Position numbers and translations under genes: made by a program
Shown: piece after piece, positions 27,113 to 32,000 of the stretch
How the letters are laid out: every line of letters begins with the position of its first letter
How positions within the stretch are numbered: position 1 is the stretch's first letter
Notes under the pieces: model-generated
Seen by the model: the letters and a program-made list of their open reading frames with translations, nothing else
What the model was told of the DNA's origin: nothing
The model's database searches: none
Assembly (NCBI GenBank): GCA_019120235.1
Contig: DWVN01000037.1
Coordinates: 800 to 32,799 of the forward strand
DNA from: Candidatus Dwaynesavagella gallinarum
GTDB taxonomy: Bacteria; Bacillota; Clostridia; Clostridiales; Clostridiaceae
DNA: 32,000 nt
Direction: 5' to 3'

Positions 27113-27922
27113 ATGGATAAAATATCGTTCCCAAATCTTGGGCTAGAATTTATGGTGAATAAAATAGCATTTTCTATTTTTGGAATAGATATTGCTTGGT
27201 ATGCTATAATAATAACTTTTGGAATTATTGTAGCCATGATGATTTCATATAGAAATGCAAAAGCGATGAAGTTGGATACGAATTTATTTATGGATGTATT
27301 TTTTTACATGATAATATTTGGGATTATTGGAGCTAGAATTTATTATGTAGTTTTTAATTTTGATTTGTATAGAGATGATTTATTAAGTGTATTTAATTTA
27401 AGAGAAGGCGGAATTGCAATATATGGAGCTATAATTTTTGGTGCTCTTACTGTTTTAATATATACTATGGTAAAGAAACAAAAATTTTTAGATTATACGG
27501 ATTGTATAGTTCCAGCTCTTGCTATTGCTCAAGCTATAGGTAGATGGGGAAATTTTGTAAATCAAGAAGCTTATGGATATGAGACAAATTCTCTTTTTGC
27601 AATGACTATAATGGAAAATGGAAAGTTTGTAACGGTTCATCCAACTTTTTTATATGAAAGTGTTTTAAATGTTGTAGTATTTATAATTCTCATGATATTT
27701 TTCAATAAGTTTAGGAAAAATTCTGGAGAAGTAACATACTTGTATGGAATTTTCTATGGTATTGGAAGATTTTTTATAGAAGGTATGAGAACAGATAGTT
27801 TATATTTAGGAATTTTTAGAATATCACAGATAGTTTCTTTAATACTAGTAATAGCTGGAACGGTTTTGTTTATTTACTCTAGATTTTACAAAAAACAAAT
27901 TAAAAATAGTCCTCTTTCATGA
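27113..27922 (+). CDS. lgt: Prolipoprotein diacylglyceryl transferase
   Basis: GARIYYVVFN...REGGIAIYGAI...AIAQAIGRWGNFVNQEAYG...HPTFLYES...GRFFIEGMRTDSL. Confidence 0.95.
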   Translation: MDKISFPNLGLEFMVNKIAFSIFGIDIAWYAIIITFGIIVAMMISYRNAKAMKLDTNLFMDVFFYMIIFGIIGARIYYVVFNFDLYRDDLLSVFNLREGGIAIYGAIIFGALTVLIYTMVKKQKFLDYTDCIVPALAIAQAIGRWGNFVNQEAYGYETNSLFAMTIMENGKFVTVHPTFLYESVLNVVVFIILMIFFNKFRKNSGEVTYLYGIFYGIGRFFIEGMRTDSLYLGIFRISQIVSLILVIAGTVLFIYSRFYKKQIKNSPLS

Positions 27923-27936
27923 GGACTATTTTTTTG
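27902..27936 (+). terminator. Intrinsic terminator overlapping the lgt 3' end
   Basis: AAAAATAGTCCTC-TTTCAT-GAGGACTATTTTTTT; the TGA stop (27920..27922) is within the hairpin. Confidence 0.88.
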
Positions 27937-28038
27937 TATTAAAGTGATAATTTAATTTTAAGTTGGTATTGTTATTATTTTACATTTGTTTTTTATAGAA
28001 TTTGTTTGGGGTGAATTTTGGTGATTTTTTTAATGGAT

Positions 28039-28290
28039 TTACTGATGAGTTTCATGTGTTTGAATGGTTTTGGGGGTTAATGTGGGTAATTTTAAATGTG
28101 TTTTTGTATTTGATGAATGGGTAGAAGTTTCAGATGTTTTATTAATTGTAGAAGCATTTGTTCTGTTAGATTCAATAATAAGCATTGATGCTCCGAGAGC
28201 AGCCATGCCAGTAAGACCTAAAACCATTATTTTATTTAAGCTTTTATTATAGTCTTGTATATTGTGTTTGTAAGAATTATATTTTGACAT
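28039..28290 (-). CDS. Small putative exported/membrane protein, 83 aa
   Basis: MSKYNSYKHNIQDYNKSLNKIMVLGLTGMAALGASMLIIES...; SD AAGGAGAG upstream; Thr/Ser/His-rich tail. Confidence 0.6.
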   Translation of the reverse strand: MSKYNSYKHNIQDYNKSLNKIMVLGLTGMAALGASMLIIESNRTNASTINKTSETSTHSSNTKTHLKLPTLTPKTIQTHETHQ

Positions 28291-28344
28291 AGGCTAACTC
28301 TCCTTAATTTATTTTTGAAATTTATAGATAAAGTTTGAGTTTAA

Positions 28345-28998
28345 TTATTTTCTAAAATATCCTTCTGTAGTTAAAACAGGTCCACCATTATTTTTTTGTT
28401 GATTATAAGCTTGTTGTTTATGTCCTCCGTCTTTTAATGTTAAGCTACTAGCATTTCCACCTTGAAATGGTTTTGTTTTATCTCCAAGTGAACCTACATT
28501 TGATAATTTTGGAGTTCCTTTACCACCTGTTGACGTTAATGATCCAGTTGAGCTTGAAGTTGAAGTTGTTGTTGTTAAAGTTGAAGTTTGAGTTTTTGGA
28601 GCAGTAGGTGAAGTGTTTTTATTTAACATTCCTGAACTTTCAGAAGTTTTTGGAAGTCCTGCAAATTGAGTTCCATTAGATCCTATTCTTCCAGAATTTA
28701 TAGACCCAGGAGCTCCGTGTAATACTCTTGAAGTTGCAACTCCAACTTTAGTAGAACTTATTTTTCCAATTGATCTAGGCATTTTAGTCATTGCTCCTCC
28801 AGCTATTTTACTTGCTAAACTTCCAACTCTTCCCATCATAGCTTGAGCATCTTGATTTTGTCCTCCAATTGCTGCTCCTGCTCCAATAGCAGCCATACCA
28901 GCTAATGTAAGAGCAATGCTTTTATTTAATTTTGCATTTTTCTTGTTTTTAGTTAAATTCTTATCCTTAATTTTATAATCACGATTATTTCTTCCCAT
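28345..28998 (-). CDS. Ser/Thr/Gly-rich putative exported protein, 217 aa
   Basis: ATG 28998 with SD AAGGAG; NKSIALTLAGMAAIGAGAAIGG hydrophobic segment followed by low-complexity TQTSTLTTTTSTSSSTGSLTSTGGKG. Confidence 0.65.
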   Translation of the reverse strand: MGRNNRDYKIKDKNLTKNKKNAKLNKSIALTLAGMAAIGAGAAIGGQNQDAQAMMGRVGSLASKIAGGAMTKMPRSIGKISSTKVGVATSRVLHGAPGSINSGRIGSNGTQFAGLPKTSESSGMLNKNTSPTAPKTQTSTLTTTTSTSSSTGSLTSTGGKGTPKLSNVGSLGDKTKPFQGGNASSLTLKDGGHKQQAYNQQKNNGGPVLTTEGYFRK

Positions 28999-29158
28999 AA
29001 GCACTCTCCTTAGTAATTTTTTTAACTATAGTATTTATTGTCGTTTTAGAAATAAATGTCTTTAGTTCATTTAATAAAAATTTTAATGTGTAAATACAAA
29101 TTTAAATTGTTTTAATTTTTTTTTTAAAGTGTTAAAATGTATAAAGAAGTTTGTTTTA

Positions 29159-29209
29159 GGAGGTGGGGATGTATTTATATAAATTTATTTTTATAAATAC
29201 ATTTTAGCT
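29159..29209 (+). promoter_or_regulatory. Structured translation-initiation region of the S1-domain gene (SD, hairpin, ATG) with an overlapping 12-codon uORF
   Basis: AGGAGG at 29159-29164; ATGTATTTATA (29169-29179) pairs with TATAAATACAT (29192-29202); ATG at 29210. uORF ATG 29169: MYLYKFIFINTF*. Confidence 0.45.
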
Positions 29210-30355
29210 ATGGATAGAGATAAAAAAATAATGGAAGAACTAATGGATGATTCTTTAAGTTTTAAAAAAATAAAAAAGGGAAGCATACTAAAAGGAGAAA
29301 TAATTTCTTCATTAAAAGATGAAATTGTTGTTAATATAAATTATTTTTGTGACGGAATTGTAAGGAAAGAAGAACTTTTAAAAGATATAGTAGTTGGAGA
29401 AACATATTTAAAAGGTCAGCAAATAGATGTGTTTGTTGTTTCATTAGATGATGGATTTGGAAATGTATTATTATCTGAGAAAAAAGCTTATTATGAGAAT
29501 GCTATTAATGAGCTTAGAGAAATTTATAAAAATGGTAAAAAGGTTGAAGTTTTTGTTAAAGAAGAAGTAAATGCAGGACTTGTTTGTGACTTTAAAGGAG
29601 TTAGAGGATTTATTCCAAAATCAAGAGTTTCAATTAATAAAGTTAATTTGAGTGATTATTTAAATAAAGTTTTAGAAGTTGTTTTAATTGAATTTGATAT
29701 GAGTAAAAATAAAGTTGTATTTTCAAGAAAGGAAATAGAACAAGAGAAAATTGAAAAAAATAAGAGAGAACTTTTAAGTAGAATAAATGTTGGAGATAAA
29801 TTTTTAGGAACAGTTAAAAATATAAAGGATTTTGGAATCTTTGTAGATATTGGAGGAGTTCAAGGATTTGTACATAAATCTGAAATGACTCACAAGCAAA
29901 AATTTAATATTAATGATTTGGTTAAAGTTGGGGACAAGGTTAATGTTTATGTTTTAAATTATGATAAGGAAAATAACAAAGTATTATTAACTATGAAAGA
30001 TTCAAATTATAGTCCATTTTTAGAATATAAAAATGATTTCATAGAAGGAAATATATATGATGTTACTGTTTTAAAAATTGTATCTTCAGGAATTATTGTA
30101 TCTTTAAATGACGAATTAACAGGTTTTATACATGTAAGTGAAATTTCAGATGATATGGTAAATTTGAATAAATCATTTAAGGTAGGAGATAAAATAAAAG
30201 CTAAAATTTTATCTATAAACGGGGAAGATGAAAAAATATCTTTAAGTTATAAAAAAGTTTTTGAAGAAGAAAATGATTCTACTTATGTAGATAATGAAGT
30301 TTCAAATAGTACTCTTGGAGATGTTTTTAAGGATATTTTTTCAAAGTTAAAATAA
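29210..30355 (+). CDS. Multi-S1-domain RNA-binding protein, ribosomal protein S1 homologue
   Basis: Four S1-like repeats, e.g. VGDKFLGTVKNIKDFGIFVDIGGVQGFVHKSEMT and GNIYDVTVLKIVSSGIIVSLNDELTGFIHVSEIS. Confidence 0.88.
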   Translation: MDRDKKIMEELMDDSLSFKKIKKGSILKGEIISSLKDEIVVNINYFCDGIVRKEELLKDIVVGETYLKGQQIDVFVVSLDDGFGNVLLSEKKAYYENAINELREIYKNGKKVEVFVKEEVNAGLVCDFKGVRGFIPKSRVSINKVNLSDYLNKVLEVVLIEFDMSKNKVVFSRKEIEQEKIEKNKRELLSRINVGDKFLGTVKNIKDFGIFVDIGGVQGFVHKSEMTHKQKFNINDLVKVGDKVNVYVLNYDKENNKVLLTMKDSNYSPFLEYKNDFIEGNIYDVTVLKIVSSGIIVSLNDELTGFIHVSEISDDMVNLNKSFKVGDKIKAKILSINGEDEKISLSYKKVFEEENDSTYVDNEVSNSTLGDVFKDIFSKLK

Positions 30356-30377
30356 TTGTTTAAGGAGAATTTATATT

Positions 30378-31832
30378 ATGAGTAGGGTTTTAGAAAATAT
30401 CGAGCCTAAAGAGGTTTTAAAATATTTTGAGGATATAAGTAAAATTCCAAGAGCATCTAAGGAAGAAAAACAAATTAGTGATTATTTATTAAATTTTGCA
30501 AAAACATTGAATTTAGAAGTAGTACAAGATGAAAATTTAAATATTTATATGAGAAAGAAAGCAACACCTGGATATGAAAATGGAAAAACTGTTATTTTAC
30601 AAGGTCATATGGATATGGTTTGCGAAAAAAATGAGGGAACAATACACGATTTTAAAAAAGATCCTTTAAAACTTAGAGTTATTGATGGAAAAATTTATGC
30701 AACAGATACAACATTAGGAGCAGATAATGGTATAGCTGTAGCATATATAATGGCACTTATGGCATCAAAAGATATACCTCACCCTGAAATAGAAGCTTTA
30801 ATAACTGTTGATGAAGAAACTTCTATGAATGGTGCTAAAACTTTTGATCCTAGTTTTTTTAGAGGTAAATATTTAATAAATATTGATTCAACATATGACT
30901 CTAAACTTTTAGTGAGTTGTTCTGGAGGACTTAGAGCTTCTGTTACAAAAAAGGTTAATCATGAAGAGATTCAAGGAGAGATTGTTACAATAAAAGTAAG
31001 AGGATTAAAAGGTGGACATTCTGGAATTGATATTAATAAAGAAAGAGGAAATGCAAATAAAATACTTGGAAGAATTTTGATAAATATAGAGAAAAATTAT
31101 ACTAACATAAATATTGTATCTTTAAGCGGTGGTGCTAAAGATAATGCAATTCCAAGGGAAGCAGATTGTCAAATAGCTGTTGATTCTAGTGATGTTGACA
31201 ATATAATTTTAGCTGTTAAATCTGTAGAAGAAGTTATAAAAAAAGAGTTAGAATGTGAAGAAGAATTTAATGTTATAGTTTCTAAAAATGATAAACCTTT
31301 AAAAAATAATATGATTACAGTTAAAGATTCTAAAGATTTAATAGATTTAATGTACTTAATTCCAAATGGAGTAAAAACTCAAAGTATGGCTATAAAAGAT
31401 TTGGTTATAACTTCTAATAATTTTGGAGTTATTGAATATGATGGAGATACTGTAATTTTTAAAAATGCTATTAGAAGTTCTATAGATTCTGCAAAATATA
31501 ATGTTGTTAGGGAAATAGATATTTTAAGTCGTGCCTTTAGAGCTGTAACAAAAGAATCTGCATCATATCCAGGTTGGGAATATGATAAAAATTCAGAAAT
31601 TAGAGAGATTGCTCAAAGAGTTTATAAAAAAATGTTTAATGATGAAATGGAAGTTTATGCTATTCATGCAGGAGTTGAATGTGGACTTATAAAGGAAAAA
31701 TTACCACATCTTGATATGGTATCCTTTGGTCCAATCATTAAAGATAATCATACTCCAGGTGAATGGGTTTCTATAGGTTCAACAAAAAAAGTTTGGGAAT
31801 TTTTAAAGGCAATATTATCTGATATAAAGTAG
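30378..31832 (+). CDS. pepD: Aminoacyl-histidine dipeptidase (M20 family)
   Basis: ILQGHMDMVCEKN, TTLGADNGIAVAYIMALM, VDEETSMNGAK, GGHSGIDI...GNANKILGR, HAGVECGLI. Confidence 0.93.
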   Translation: MSRVLENIEPKEVLKYFEDISKIPRASKEEKQISDYLLNFAKTLNLEVVQDENLNIYMRKKATPGYENGKTVILQGHMDMVCEKNEGTIHDFKKDPLKLRVIDGKIYATDTTLGADNGIAVAYIMALMASKDIPHPEIEALITVDEETSMNGAKTFDPSFFRGKYLINIDSTYDSKLLVSCSGGLRASVTKKVNHEEIQGEIVTIKVRGLKGGHSGIDINKERGNANKILGRILINIEKNYTNINIVSLSGGAKDNAIPREADCQIAVDSSDVDNIILAVKSVEEVIKKELECEEEFNVIVSKNDKPLKNNMITVKDSKDLIDLMYLIPNGVKTQSMAIKDLVITSNNFGVIEYDGDTVIFKNAIRSSIDSAKYNVVREIDILSRAFRAVTKESASYPGWEYDKNSEIREIAQRVYKKMFNDEMEVYAIHAGVECGLIKEKLPHLDMVSFGPIIKDNHTPGEWVSIGSTKKVWEFLKAILSDIK

Positions 31833-31875
31833 TTTTGTTATAATGTGATAGCTAGTTTCAGGAAGGAGGCTTTTT

Positions 31876-32000
31876 ATGAAGGCTTCAAAAATTAAACATA
31901 AGTACAGAAACTTTGGAATTAAAAACTTAATGTTTGTAATAATTTCTGCGAATATTTTGGTTTATTTATTATCTATGTTTGGAAACATTAATTTGTCTTT
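31876..32000 (+). CDS. N-terminus of a membrane protein (truncated by window edge)
   Basis: SD GGAAGGAGG, ATG 31876: MKASKINHKYRNFGIKNLMFVIISANILVYLLSMFGNINLS...; family not assignable with confidence. Confidence 0.5.
   Translation, partial: MKASKIKHKYRNFGIKNLMFVIISANILVYLLSMFGNINLS

Noticed and set aside
28064-28252. Plus-strand ORF opposite the 83-aa exported-type gene
   Set aside because: The minus-strand ORF has a good SD, a basic N-terminus and a paralogue next door; the plus-strand ORF has none of these.
1-32000. CRISPR arrays, phage/transposon modules, tRNA or rRNA genes
   Set aside because: No regularly spaced direct repeats, no integrase/transposase/structural phage proteins and no recognisable tRNA/rRNA sequence were seen on reading; selA/selB/selD/tRNA-Sec were also not seen in the window, which says nothing about the rest of the genome.

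Overview
This is an AT-rich Firmicutes/Clostridia-type chromosomal window. Gene content fits a spore-forming, host-associated clostridial lineage, and Candidatus Arthromitus (segmented filamentous bacteria) is my inference, not proven. Most of it is core genome: speE-speD, a TtcA-like protein, a TetR-family regulator, glnS, an amidase, copA-nuclease-copZ, ileS, a LacI-family regulator, spmA-spmB, folE-queD, kbl, threonine dehydrogenase, pepP-like, lgt, an S1-domain protein and pepD. I see no CRISPR array, prophage or transposon. The strongest observation is a gene missing from the supplied ORF track: a full-length peroxiredoxin on the minus strand (2014..2547) with one in-frame TGA (2398..2400) exactly at the peroxidatic cysteine (DFTFV[TGA]PTEI). 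The usual C-terminal resolving Cys is Val (KLVPANW). The UGA is followed by C and by possible SECIS-like hairpins. This fits a selenocysteine peroxiredoxin; a nonsense mutation or base error is the main alternative. Secondary observations: a P-loop/LexA-like fusion with apparently lost catalytic residues in both parts, a family of tiny Gly-rich membrane ORFs with a decayed third member, a nuclease lipoprotein inside a copper operon, a large orphan surface-type protein, a Shine-Dalgarno separated from its start codon by a hairpin, and stop codons embedded in intrinsic terminators.
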